Source: a virus (Duplodnaviria; Caudoviricetes). From it: 64,000 bases of DNA. Below, piece by piece: positions 9,624 to 18,769 of the stretch. Position numbers and translations under genes: made by a program. The notes under the pieces were generated by a model. It saw nothing but the letters and a program-made list of their open reading frames with translations. It was not told the DNA's origin and did no database searches. Within the stretch, counting starts at the first letter, position 1, and each line of letters begins with the position of its first letter. Location of the stretch: the IMG/VR virus record IMGVR_UViG_2744054895_000002, positions 14,096-78,095 of that record; one strand, given 5' to 3'.

Positions 9624-10448
9624 ATGCCGTACGAGTGGCCGCCGCTGGTTCCCGGGGACCCTGACGAGATCGCGCGCCGCGTCGCAGCCGTACTCGAGGA
9701 AGCCTGGCAGCGCCTCGCCAGCAAACAGCGCGAAGTGATCGCCAAGTTCGTGGACAACCCACGGACGCCGTACACCTTGGCGACTCTGGAGGAGTTCAAG
9801 CAGTCGATCCGCGAGTTCCGCAAACGAGTGGATCAGGAAGCCCAGCAGTTCGTACAGCGGCAGCTCCCTCACCTGTACGAGGAGGGCGGGCGCGCGGCCG
9901 CCGAGGCCCTGGGCGTGACCTTCACCTGGACGACGTTCCACCGCGACGCCCTCCAGTCGCTCGCGGCAGACTCCTACGCCGACTTCCTGCGCCGTTCCGA
10001 AGAGGCCGAGCGGATGGCAAACCAGTTCTACCGGGCTGCGCGGGAGGCCGCGCGCCGAGAAGTACCGCTGCTCGCAGCGGGCAACCTGACCGCGAAGCAG
10101 GCTGCGAAGAACCTGGCAGACCGACTCGCCGCCAAGCACAAGCTGGCCCACGTCATTTATCGCAACGGGGCGAGAGTCCCGGTCCGCGCCTGGGCCGAGG
10201 CCGCCACGCTCGCAAAGTCGGCCGTCGCCTACAACGCTGGCACTCTCAACCGGTCCCGTCAGGCTGGTGTAACGGTGGTCGAGGTCTTCGACGGCCTCGA
10301 CTGCGGCTGGACGTCCCATCAAGACCCGGACAAGGCCAACCGGACCTTACGCAGCGTGGAGGACGCAGCTGAATGGCCGATCAGCCATCCTCGGTGCCGC
10401 CGCGGCTTCGGACCTCGCCCGGATGCGGCTGAGCAGAAGCTGCTGTGA
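9624..10448 (+). CDS. Minor capsid protein (MuF/gp7-like)
   Basis: C-terminal DGLDC...HPRCRR motif. Confidence 0.75.
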   Translation: MPYEWPPLVPGDPDEIARRVAAVLEEAWQRLASKQREVIAKFVDNPRTPYTLATLEEFKQSIREFRKRVDQEAQQFVQRQLPHLYEEGGRAAAEALGVTFTWTTFHRDALQSLAADSYADFLRRSEEAERMANQFYRAAREAARREVPLLAAGNLTAKQAAKNLADRLAAKHKLAHVIYRNGARVPVRAWAEAATLAKSAVAYNAGTLNRSRQAGVTVVEVFDGLDCGWTSHQDPDKANRTLRSVEDAAEWPISHPRCRRGFGPRPDAAEQKLL

Positions 10449-10646
10449 CGTTCATCGAAGCCGCCAGCGCACATCTCAACGGCGCAAGGAGCCCCAATGA
10501 GCCATCCGTGCACCGCACAGGGTGCGCCTGCTGACCGGAGGGCGGGCGCTGGGGAATGGCCGTCCCGAGGGTCGCGAAGGGTTCCCCGCGCCATGAGGGC
10601 CCTCCTCTGGGGTTACCGGGGGAGGGCTCTCGCCAAGTGGGCTTGG

Positions 10647-10832
10647 TCAGACCTTGTGACCTTTGGCGTACTCCACGAAGGATGCCCAGGGAGCTGGCAG
10701 GAAGGTCAGGCAGCCGCGGTCTCGATCCTTTGAGTCTCGGACCAAGACCACGGACGAGTCGTTGTCAGCTACCTCGACACAACTGTCGGACTTGGTATAT
10801 GAGCTGGTGCGCCACTTCGGTTCTGCTGTCAA
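10647..10832 (-). CDS. DUF397 protein
   Basis: WRTSSY...CVEVA...VRDSKD...W signature. Confidence 0.9.
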   Translation of the reverse strand: MTAEPKWRTSSYTKSDSCVEVADNDSSVVLVRDSKDRDRGCLTFLPAPWASFVEYAKGHKV

Positions 10833-10844
10833 AATTGTGGCCTC

Positions 10845-11699
10845 CTAGTTTTCGGACATGCGGTCATAATGGTGAATTGCGGCAAGGATTAGGTCTCTTG
10901 CGGGCTGGCCATAGACGGCAGACTGTCGATGAAACTCGAATGCCTTGCGGTAAAGATCGATTTCCCTCGGCTGCGTTACGGACATCTCCGCAGAGTACGT
11001 TTCGACCATGACGAGCCGGTCGTCAAACATTGAAAAGCCGTGGCCGAGCCAGAGGGCGAGGGGCGCTGACCGCGGGACGATGCCCAGGCTGAGCCGAGGA
11101 AGCGCCAACACAGCCAACAGTCGGTCGAGCTGTGCCCTCATGACCTCCGAGCCACCGTGGTTCGAGTAGAGAGCCTGCTCGCCAAGGAGCACGTTGAAGA
11201 TACGGTTCCCCTCGTAAAGGTACTTCTGCCGTTCGAGACGTTTCGCCACGGCAGCTTCCATGTCGGCTGGCGTATCGTGGAAGTTCGATACCTGATCGAA
11301 GACGTTCTCGGCGTAGTCGGCAGTCTGAATGGTGCCCCAAATCATGTTGGGCTCCCAAATCCTGAACACCTTGGTCTTACGGTAGAGCGGCAAGGACTTC
11401 TTCTGACGGCTCTCGGCTCCGTCCGCGAGCAGCCGACGCCACTCCATCCATAGCTCATCAATGTGGCGGACTGTCGCGATGAGGTCGCTAGCCTCGGCCT
11501 CGTGCCCGGTCATCTGGCACCAGGTGCGGATGTCGTCCTCGCTGGCGTTCTGCTTGCCGTTTTCGATGCGGGAGACTTTGGATTCCTGCCAACCGGTGGC
11601 AGCGGCGAACGCCCGGCCACTGGTGAACCCCGCATCCTTGCGGAATCCACGCAGCCGGGCGCCCAACGCCTCTCGCGACTCTTGTGCTTGGTTGCTCAC
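10845..11699 (-). CDS. XRE HTH regulator with DUF5753 domain (Scr1/WhiJ-like)
   Basis: LGARLR...SKVSRIENG HTH; QTADYA, MRAQLDRL; adjacent to DUF397. Confidence 0.85.
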   Translation of the reverse strand: MSNQAQESREALGARLRGFRKDAGFTSGRAFAAATGWQESKVSRIENGKQNASEDDIRTWCQMTGHEAEASDLIATVRHIDELWMEWRRLLADGAESRQKKSLPLYRKTKVFRIWEPNMIWGTIQTADYAENVFDQVSNFHDTPADMEAAVAKRLERQKYLYEGNRIFNVLLGEQALYSNHGGSEVMRAQLDRLLAVLALPRLSLGIVPRSAPLALWLGHGFSMFDDRLVMVETYSAEMSVTQPREIDLYRKAFEFHRQSAVYGQPARDLILAAIHHYDRMSEN

Positions 11700-11706
11700 T
11701 GAACGA

Positions 11707-12228
11707 TCAGGGCTTGTACTCGTTGTGTGGGATGGACATGTCCCAGAGCAGATCTCGCACACGGATGCACTCAGCGACAACGGCGGGGCTATCGATGATC
11801 TGAGAGCCCAGGACACGCCCCGAGCTGTCGAAGTGCCCGACAGCCAAGAGCTTGTCGTCGAAGAGCCACCAGTCGTTGCCCTCCACAGGGAACACCAGGC
11901 CCTCCGGCAGATGATGACGAGGGAGCCATCGGATGTCCTCGCCGGCTTCCACGTTGAGGTTGGAGGTTGCGCACTCCCACCGGATGTAAGAGCTGTGCGG
12001 CTCAGTGACGACACGCACCCGGCGCACGGTCTTCCCTGACTCGGTGACGCGCCTCATGAGCTGAGTCCACGGCGCCATGAATGAGTCGTCGGCTGTCCCG
12101 TTGAGCCAGCTCTCATATGGGCCCTCCTCGTTGGGGACTGAGTAGTCGTCCCTCAGCTCCAAGTGGAAGGCGTCGTGCGCGAAGCTCTCAAAGAGCCGGT
12201 TGCGCTCGTCGCTGGAGATCAACTCCAC
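11707..12228 (-). CDS. DUF6879-like protein
   Basis: AFHLELRDDY, RRVRVVTEP..SYIRWE, GEDIRWLPR, DWWLFD. Confidence 0.8.
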   Translation of the reverse strand: MELISSDERNRLFESFAHDAFHLELRDDYSVPNEEGPYESWLNGTADDSFMAPWTQLMRRVTESGKTVRRVRVVTEPHSSYIRWECATSNLNVEAGEDIRWLPRHHLPEGLVFPVEGNDWWLFDDKLLAVGHFDSSGRVLGSQIIDSPAVVAECIRVRDLLWDMSIPHNEYKP

Positions 12229-12607
12229 GCGGTTCCTCCAGTAGCGCGGTGATCGCGGCCTTGGGGACCTCGACCACGGTCTCGTAGTCCGGAATATCCA
12301 TCGCTGCAAGGGTCTCGGGGTCGGTCACCTCCCGGCCTTGCACAACGTACGTCCCTCCGGGAGTGAGGACCATGAGGGGGCTCTCAAGGCGCCTGAACTC
12401 ACCGGATGGCAAGCCGTCCTTCTCCAGGTGGTCGAACAGCTCGGTGGGCACCTCCACGGCCGTTTCACCTTCGGGGATGGTGAGCTGCATCAGCAGGTCA
12501 CTGGCGTAGATCCTCCATCCCTGGACGAGGTAGGTGTCGCGATCCGTGGCGTAGAGAGTTGGGCAGTCCCCCTGCTTGGAGTCCTTACCAAGGAACCGTA
12601 GCTTCAT
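12188..12607 (-). CDS. Conserved hypothetical protein leading the DUF6879 cassette
   Basis: MKLRFLGK..CPTLYAT; internal repeat YLVQG/YVVQG...VEVP; AGGAG RBS. Confidence 0.75.
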   Translation of the reverse strand: MKLRFLGKDSKQGDCPTLYATDRDTYLVQGWRIYASDLLMQLTIPEGETAVEVPTELFDHLEKDGLPSGEFRRLESPLMVLTPGGTYVVQGREVTDPETLAAMDIPDYETVVEVPKAAITALLEEPRGVDLQRRAQPAL

Positions 12608-12789
12608 GGTTGCTCTCCTGTCCGCTGCCTTGCGCTGATTTGCGCGGCATCACGATGGTTGGTGAGGCCTTCCGGTGGCGTCAACCAGCTTCCTGCAAAC
12701 TCGCGCAATCTCCTTGGAGCTTGGCATTGCCGAGGTCTACGGTCGTCTTCACGTCAAGGCCATCCACGGAGAGTGACGAGGGGCCACAC

Positions 12790-13068
12790 ATGGAAAGCGG
12801 ACAGGCGAGGCGAGCGGCAGGCGCCAGGACGAGGCGCAGTCTCGGACTCGGGCACTTGGACCACCCCCTGTTGGGCCGCCTCGTCGTGGATCACGCTCAC
12901 GGTGATCGAGTGGGGGTCATGCGAGCTCTTGCGCCTGACGTGGAGGCGCCCAACCCGAATGCAACGATCCCGGGGGCCGAGGCCCGTGCAGTCGCATGGA
13001 TTGCGCCGGAGTCGGGGGGTGTGGAGTGGACGACCGATCCCAACTCGATTGAGGGAGCCGCGCAATGA
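12790..13068 (+). CDS. Hypothetical protein divergent from XRE cassette
   Basis: WIAPESGGVEWTT motif; RBS upstream. Confidence 0.55.
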   Translation: MESGQARRAAGARTRRSLGLGHLDHPLLGRLVVDHAHGDRVGVMRALAPDVEAPNPNATIPGAEARAVAWIAPESGGVEWTTDPNSIEGAAQ

Positions 13069-13358
13069 GATCTTGGCAGTGTGCGGGGAAGGACCTTAAG
13101 CGGCGACATCAGTTCTATCCGCTGGCGAAGCCCGCTGTGGCCGATGAAGCGCCAATCGGCGCGGCTCCAAGTGTGCTGAACGCGGATGTGCGCGAAGAGC
13201 CCTTCGCCGAGTGGTGGACGGCGTACGGCGGAGAGAGTGACCCTGAGTCGGGAGTGATCTACTTCCCGCCCATCGAATTTGAGCGTTGCCCTTTCGCGTG
13301 TAGCAAATGTGACGGCGAGGAGAATGTGGAGCGCCGCGCATTTGTTGGGTCTATGTAA
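13065..13358 (+). CDS. Hypothetical protein
   Basis: ATGA overlap with previous ORF; CPFAC..C cluster. Confidence 0.45.
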   Translation: MRSWQCAGKDLKRRHQFYPLAKPAVADEAPIGAAPSVLNADVREEPFAEWWTAYGGESDPESGVIYFPPIEFERCPFACSKCDGEENVERRAFVGSM

Positions 13359-13553
13359 CGAGCCGTGATGGGCTACAACAATCGCGACGCGCCCGACGTG
13401 TAGCCGCAGGCAGCGTAGCCGCCTGGGCTCCGTATCTCGGCTCGCTTCAGCTGCCCTATAACCCTCGCCCCTGCCGGATGTACTGAACCTCGGGGCTCCC
13501 CCATCCTCGGATTCGGGGTTCCCGGCAGGGGGGGCACCACAGGAAGGCCCTAA

Positions 13554-13796
13554 GTGCGCTTACTGACCGGATTGTTCGAACCCCGGAGTGGTCCTGTCGA
13601 CCCCGATACCTGCAATCTGTGTTGTGACCTCCGTGAACTTCTTCAAAAGGTCGGCAGGGAAGGCAACACCCGCCACATTTTGAGGGTCATGACTGTCATG
13701 GAGCTGCACGCAAATTTCGGTCATCGAGATGAAATCGTTGTCCGGGGTGCAGGCGCTTACTCGGCTGGAGGCCATCGTCAACGACGACGTACGTGA
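13554..13796 (+). CDS. Small hypothetical protein
   Basis: AGGAAGG RBS; CNLC motif. Confidence 0.45.
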   Translation: MRLLTGLFEPRSGPVDPDTCNLCCDLRELLQKVGREGNTRHILRVMTVMELHANFGHRDEIVVRGAGAYSAGGHRQRRRT

Positions 13797-14114
13797 GGCG
13801 CCCGACCACTGTCCCGTCATGGCCACCTTCAGCCTCTCGCGCCTGCGCCGCGTTCTTGCGCCGGACGCTTGGACGGCCGCATGACCAAGAGACGCCCGCC
13901 CCGGCGAACCGGCTGCTTTCGGCCCGGTTCATCGAGGCGGCTCAAGCCCCGTTCCGGGACAAGGCGCTGACGTGCTCCCGCACGGTCGGCGCCGACCGCC
14001 GGTCCGGTCTGGCCGGGAACCGCTTGGATGGAGTAGCCGGTTGCCTACGCTCCGTCCGGCGCAACCGGGTCATCTGCAACACCACGCGTAACTCAACAAG
14101 AAGGGTGTTAACCG

Positions 14115-14309
14115 ATGAGTGCAAGCACGGTGCAGGACAAGGCCCAGGTGAGGGACATCCCCGAGGTGGTGAGCGGAGCCGTACAGGATCCGTTCGACCT
14201 CGATGTGGACGTCCTGGAGCTGGCCGGCGGGACCGTCCCGCTGATCACGCTGACCGACGACGGCTGCAAGCCCTCGTGCCCGGCCTCCTGCGCCACGAAC
14301 GTGGCCTGA
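14115..14309 (+). CDS. lanA: FxLD-family class I lanthipeptide precursor
   Basis: Leader FDLD motif; core TDDGCKPSCPASCATNVA with 3 Cys and Ser/Thr; directly before LanB. Confidence 0.92.
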   Translation: MSASTVQDKAQVRDIPEVVSGAVQDPFDLDVDVLELAGGTVPLITLTDDGCKPSCPASCATNVA

Positions 14310-14391
14310 CCGTCGCGGCACCTGGTGCTGGTCCGCGCGGAAATACGCGGGCCAGCACCACCCACAGGGACCTCACAGCGACGGGAATCGA

Positions 14392-17300
14392 GTGGTGGGT
14401 AGTAATCAGCGGCTGTACCGGTGCGCCGACACCGTGTTGTTGAGGGCAAGCGCCCAGGCGGACGTGGCGCTGCCGGAGTGGCCCGACATGCCTGTCGATA
14501 CACCTGCGCACGCTGCAGCTTGGACGGCCTGGCTACGGGAAGTCGGGAAGCAGGAAGTAGTCGCCGATGCGATCGAGCAGGCCAGCCCGGGCCTCGCACG
14601 ACAGGTCGATGCCGTGCTTACGGCTGGCGAGGTGAATGTGCGCCAGGTGCGGCGCACCGCGTTGTCGGTCGCCCGGTACGTACAACGACTCACCGGCAGA
14701 AGTACGCCGGCCGGTCTGTTCGCTGGTATCTCCGTAGCATCCTTCGGCTCCGAAGCGGCTGTGCGGTTCGGAACCCGACATCGGCCCGTTGCCAGGGCCG
14801 ACGCCTCGTGGCTGGTGCCTGTCGTCACCGAACTGGAGTCCTCTCGCAGGTTACTCGCCCGGCTGCCGGTGATGGTGAACACCACTGCCTTCGTGCGCGG
14901 TGACCGCCTCGTGGTGCCTCACCCGCCGCCGGACAGTGGGGCCGGCCCGGCTCTGGCAGAGGTGTCCGTCCGCAACACGCAAGCCGTCCGAACGACGGTG
15001 GCACACGCCCAGTCACCCATTCGATTCGACGCCCTCGCCGACAAGCTCGCATCCGAGTTCCCCGCGACACCGGCATCGACCATCGACCAGATGCTCGCAG
15101 GCATGGTCAAGCAACACATCCTCATCACCGCCCTGCACGCACACTCGGGGATCTGTGACGCCTTCGGACACGTCATGGAACAACTGGACATCGCAGGCGC
15201 TGAGGGCATCGCCGAGGTAGCACACCTGGTCAGCAGGCTGCACGAGATCCACAAGATGCTCGACCTCCACAACGAGGACCGTACGCCCTCGGATGCCCGG
15301 ACACTCCGCTCGGCGATGACCGCGCGTATGACGGCTCTGGCGCCAGCCGCGAAACGGCCACTGGCGGTGGATCTCCTGGCGGACTGCTCGCTCGTCCTGC
15401 CGCACCAAGTGGCGAACGAGGCAGAAGCCGCTGCTCACGCGCTTACGCGCTTGAGCTCCTATCCGTCCGGCACCCCAGCCTGGGCGGACTACTTCACGCG
15501 CTTCTTCGCGCGGTACGGGGTCGGCTCGCCGGTGCCACTGTTGGACCTCGTGGACCCCGACGTGGGGCTTGGCCTGCCCGTCGGCTACCTGGGCGGTGAC
15601 CCGGAGCCGCCCGAGTCCGTCTCCGCCCGCCACCGGCGGCTCCTCGCCATGGCACAGGCTGCGGCACTGGACGGGTGCCGCGAAATCGTGCTGGACGAAC
15701 GGCTCGTGGACGAACTCGCCATGGCCGACCCGGACGCGGTTCAGGTTCCTCCTCACCTGGAGCTGTGCTTCCAGCTTCAGGCCCCGTCGCTTGCCGCGCT
15801 GGACCGCGGGGAATTCGATCTGTGCGTAGTCAGCGCATCCCGGGCTGCTGGCACCATGTCCGGCCGCTTCCTCGACCTCCTGGAGCCGCCGGACCGGGAG
15901 CGGGCGACCACCGTGTTCGACCAGTTCGCGGCCACTGACCCCGAGGTGCTGCCGGTGCAGGTCTCCTCCCCGCCGCTTGACCCGAAGAACGCCCACGTCA
16001 CACGGGCCCCTAACCTGCTGCCCGACCTCATCAGTATTGCCGAGCACCGCCCGCCAGACGACCACGTGATCTCTCTGGACGACTTGGCGGTGCAGTGCAC
16101 CAAGGAGCGGCTGTTCCTGGTCTCGCTCTCGCGTGGGCGCCGACTGTCCCCGACGATGCTGCACGCTCTGGATCTGCGGGCCCATACTCCTCCACTGGGG
16201 CGGTTCATCGTCGAGGTGGCCAAGGCGCAGCAGGCGTTGGTCACCGGGTTCGACTGGGGTCCGGCCCGTCACCTGCCGTACCTGCCGCGCCTGCGCTACG
16301 GTCGCACCATCGTGGCCCCCGCCTGCTGGATCCTGGAGTCCAGCGAGCTACCCGGCCGCGATGCCTCATGGGTGGAATGGAGCGAGGCGGTAGCCGAGTG
16401 GCGGGAGCGGCGGGGCCTTCCATTCACTGTCTTCATCACCGAGGGCGACCACCGCCTGAAGCTCGACCTCGACCAGGCCGCCCATCTCCTGTTGCTGCGA
16501 GAGCACCTCGCCACTGCTGAGTCCGCCGTTCTCACCGAGGCCCCGGCAGCCCCCGCCCACGGCTGGTTCGGCGGACGCCCCCATGAGATCGTGACCACGT
16601 TGACAGCCAGGCGAGCGTCAACGCCACCGCTCGCAACGACCGGCCTACGCATGCCAGTCGAGCGCGGTCACGGCCATTTGCCCGGCGCGCCGCCCTGGCT
16701 GCACGCCAAGCTATATGGGCACCCCGAGCGGCTTCCTCACCTCGTGGCCCAGTACCTGCCGGAGCTGTTCGCCGCGTGGGAAGCGCCACCACGGTGGTGG
16801 TTCACGCGATTCCGTGATCCTCAGTGGCACATGCGGTTGCGGATCGCCGTCGCGGACGCGGCCGAGTTCGGCATTGCGGCTCAGCGCATCAGCACATGGG
16901 CCAGCGATCTGCGTCGCCGGGGGTTGCTGAGCGATATGCAGTTCGCGAGCAGCTTTCCGGAGACCGGACGCTGGGGGAGCGGATCGGCGATGGACGCCGC
17001 CGAGAACGTCTTCGCCGCCGACTCCGTCGCCCTGGCCGCCCAGTTCGCAACCCCAAAGCGACCGCACGCGCAAGCCCTGGCCGCCGTCAACTTCGTCTCG
17101 ATCGCGTGCGACTTCACCGGCAGCACCGAGGCTGGCATGGCATGGCTGCTCGACCAGCCCCGTGGTGACGCCTCCCGGCGCCTGGATCGCACGCTGCTCA
17201 AGACCGCCGTTCGCCTGGCCGACCCGGCTGACGGCTGGGCTGCCTTGAAGGCAGCACCGGGTGGCATGAGCATCGCCAATGCTTGGTCCGCCCGCAGTCA

Positions 17301-17493
17301 GGCCCTGGCCGACTACCGCGAGGAGTTGGCCCGTGCGGAGGAGGTGCCGGCGGACTCGGTCCTCGATTCACTCCTGCACGCCCACCACATCCGGGCTGTG
17401 GGCATTGACCGCGACGGTGAGGACACCTGTCGTCGTCTCGCCCGCGCCGCTGCCCTGTCTTGGCGGGCCCGTTGCTCAGGAGAGAGGGGATGA
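14392..17493 (+). CDS. lanB: Lanthipeptide dehydratase LanB
   Basis: 1033 aa; RSTPAGLFAG, SGRF, YLPRLRYG and C-terminal elimination domain (WWFTRF...HMRLR). Confidence 0.93.
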   Translation: MVGSNQRLYRCADTVLLRASAQADVALPEWPDMPVDTPAHAAAWTAWLREVGKQEVVADAIEQASPGLARQVDAVLTAGEVNVRQVRRTALSVARYVQRLTGRSTPAGLFAGISVASFGSEAAVRFGTRHRPVARADASWLVPVVTELESSRRLLARLPVMVNTTAFVRGDRLVVPHPPPDSGAGPALAEVSVRNTQAVRTTVAHAQSPIRFDALADKLASEFPATPASTIDQMLAGMVKQHILITALHAHSGICDAFGHVMEQLDIAGAEGIAEVAHLVSRLHEIHKMLDLHNEDRTPSDARTLRSAMTARMTALAPAAKRPLAVDLLADCSLVLPHQVANEAEAAAHALTRLSSYPSGTPAWADYFTRFFARYGVGSPVPLLDLVDPDVGLGLPVGYLGGDPEPPESVSARHRRLLAMAQAAALDGCREIVLDERLVDELAMADPDAVQVPPHLELCFQLQAPSLAALDRGEFDLCVVSASRAAGTMSGRFLDLLEPPDRERATTVFDQFAATDPEVLPVQVSSPPLDPKNAHVTRAPNLLPDLISIAEHRPPDDHVISLDDLAVQCTKERLFLVSLSRGRRLSPTMLHALDLRAHTPPLGRFIVEVAKAQQALVTGFDWGPARHLPYLPRLRYGRTIVAPACWILESSELPGRDASWVEWSEAVAEWRERRGLPFTVFITEGDHRLKLDLDQAAHLLLLREHLATAESAVLTEAPAAPAHGWFGGRPHEIVTTLTARRASTPPLATTGLRMPVERGHGHLPGAPPWLHAKLYGHPERLPHLVAQYLPELFAAWEAPPRWWFTRFRDPQWHMRLRIAVADAAEFGIAAQRISTWASDLRRRGLLSDMQFASSFPETGRWGSGSAMDAAENVFAADSVALAAQFATPKRPHAQALAAVNFVSIACDFTGSTEAGMAWLLDQPRGDASRRLDRTLLKTAVRLADPADGWAALKAAPGGMSIANAWSARSQALADYREELARAEEVPADSVLDSLLHAHHIRAVGIDRDGEDTCRRLARAAALSWRARCSGERG

Positions 17494-18749
17494 CCATGAA
17501 CCGGGAAGCGGCCGAACTGACCGCCGCCGCTGTCGCCGACCGACTGGCCAATCCGTCCGCCGCCCAGAAGCTCGGTCTTCCGCAGGGCTGGCACCGACAG
17601 TCTCTCGCCCACGGTGCGGTAGGGGTCGCGTTGTTGCACGTTGAGCGTGCCCGCGCGGGCCTGGGGCCCTGGCAGCGCGCCCACGACTGGCTCGCCTACG
17701 CCGCCGCGGGCCAGGTCGAGTCCTGGGAGGACAGCCATCTCCACTACGGCGTTCCGGCGGTCGCCTTCGCCCTGAACGCCGCAGCCGACCGGCCAGGCCA
17801 GTACGCCCGTGCCCTGGACACCTTGGATCGCAACATCGCGAAGACGACGCGGCGCCGCCTGGAACGTGCCCACGCCCGGATGAACGCTGGCGTCGCGCGT
17901 TCAGCTCTCGCCGAGTTCGACAGCATTCGGGGACTGTCCGGTATCGGCGCGTACCTGTTGAGACGCCAAGCGGACACCGACCTCTTGCGCGACGTCCTCA
18001 CCTACCTGGTGCGCCTGACCGAGCCGGTGAAAGAGGACGGCGAGTTGTTGCCCGGTTGGTGGAGCGATCTGGCCCCCTCCGGCCAGCCCTCACCGGATTA
18101 CCCGGCAGGACACGCCAACAACGGCATGGCCCACGGCATCGCCGGTCCGCTCGCTCTGCTCGCCATCGCGGCCCGCCACGGCATCTTCGTGAGCGGCCAC
18201 CTCAACGCGATCCAACGGATCTGTGCCTGGCTCGATCGCTGGCAGCAGGAGAGCGCGGCCGGTCCCTGGTGGCCCGCCCTGGTCACACGCGCCCAGTACC
18301 GCGGCGAGCAGCCGCTCGCCGCCGAGCCGTCCAGACCCTCCTGGTGCTACGGCACTGCGGGGCACGCCCGGTCTCAGCAGCTCGCTGCCCTGGCGGTCGG
18401 CGACACCTCACGCCAGCAGGCAGCGGAAGGCGCGCTGGCTAGGGCACTCACCAATCCCGAGCAGCTCGCCGCGACGACTGACAGAAGCCTGTGCCACGGG
18501 TACGCCGGCATGGCCCACATCGCCGCGCAGGCAGCCGCCGACGCGCTCACCCCTGACCTCGCTGTTTGTATCCCCCAGCTCCTCGACGTGATCGGTACCG
18601 ACCCGGACGTGGTGGCCATTTCCCTCACGCAGGCCGTTGGCGGTGACATCGGGCTTCTGGAAGGGGGAGCCGGAGTCGCGCTGGCTCTCCTCGCGGTCGC
18701 AACCGGTGCTCCGCTCTCCGGCTGGGACGCATTCCTCCTGATCAACTGA
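17490..18749 (+). CDS. lanC: Lanthionine cyclase LanC
   Basis: GMAHGIAG, WCYG, LCHG zinc-ligand motifs, GLLEG. Confidence 0.93.
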   Translation: MTMNREAAELTAAAVADRLANPSAAQKLGLPQGWHRQSLAHGAVGVALLHVERARAGLGPWQRAHDWLAYAAAGQVESWEDSHLHYGVPAVAFALNAAADRPGQYARALDTLDRNIAKTTRRRLERAHARMNAGVARSALAEFDSIRGLSGIGAYLLRRQADTDLLRDVLTYLVRLTEPVKEDGELLPGWWSDLAPSGQPSPDYPAGHANNGMAHGIAGPLALLAIAARHGIFVSGHLNAIQRICAWLDRWQQESAAGPWWPALVTRAQYRGEQPLAAEPSRPSWCYGTAGHARSQQLAALAVGDTSRQQAAEGALARALTNPEQLAATTDRSLCHGYAGMAHIAAQAAADALTPDLAVCIPQLLDVIGTDPDVVAISLTQAVGGDIGLLEGGAGVALALLAVATGAPLSGWDAFLLIN

Positions 18750-18769
18750 CGACTCCGGAAGGCAGCGCC

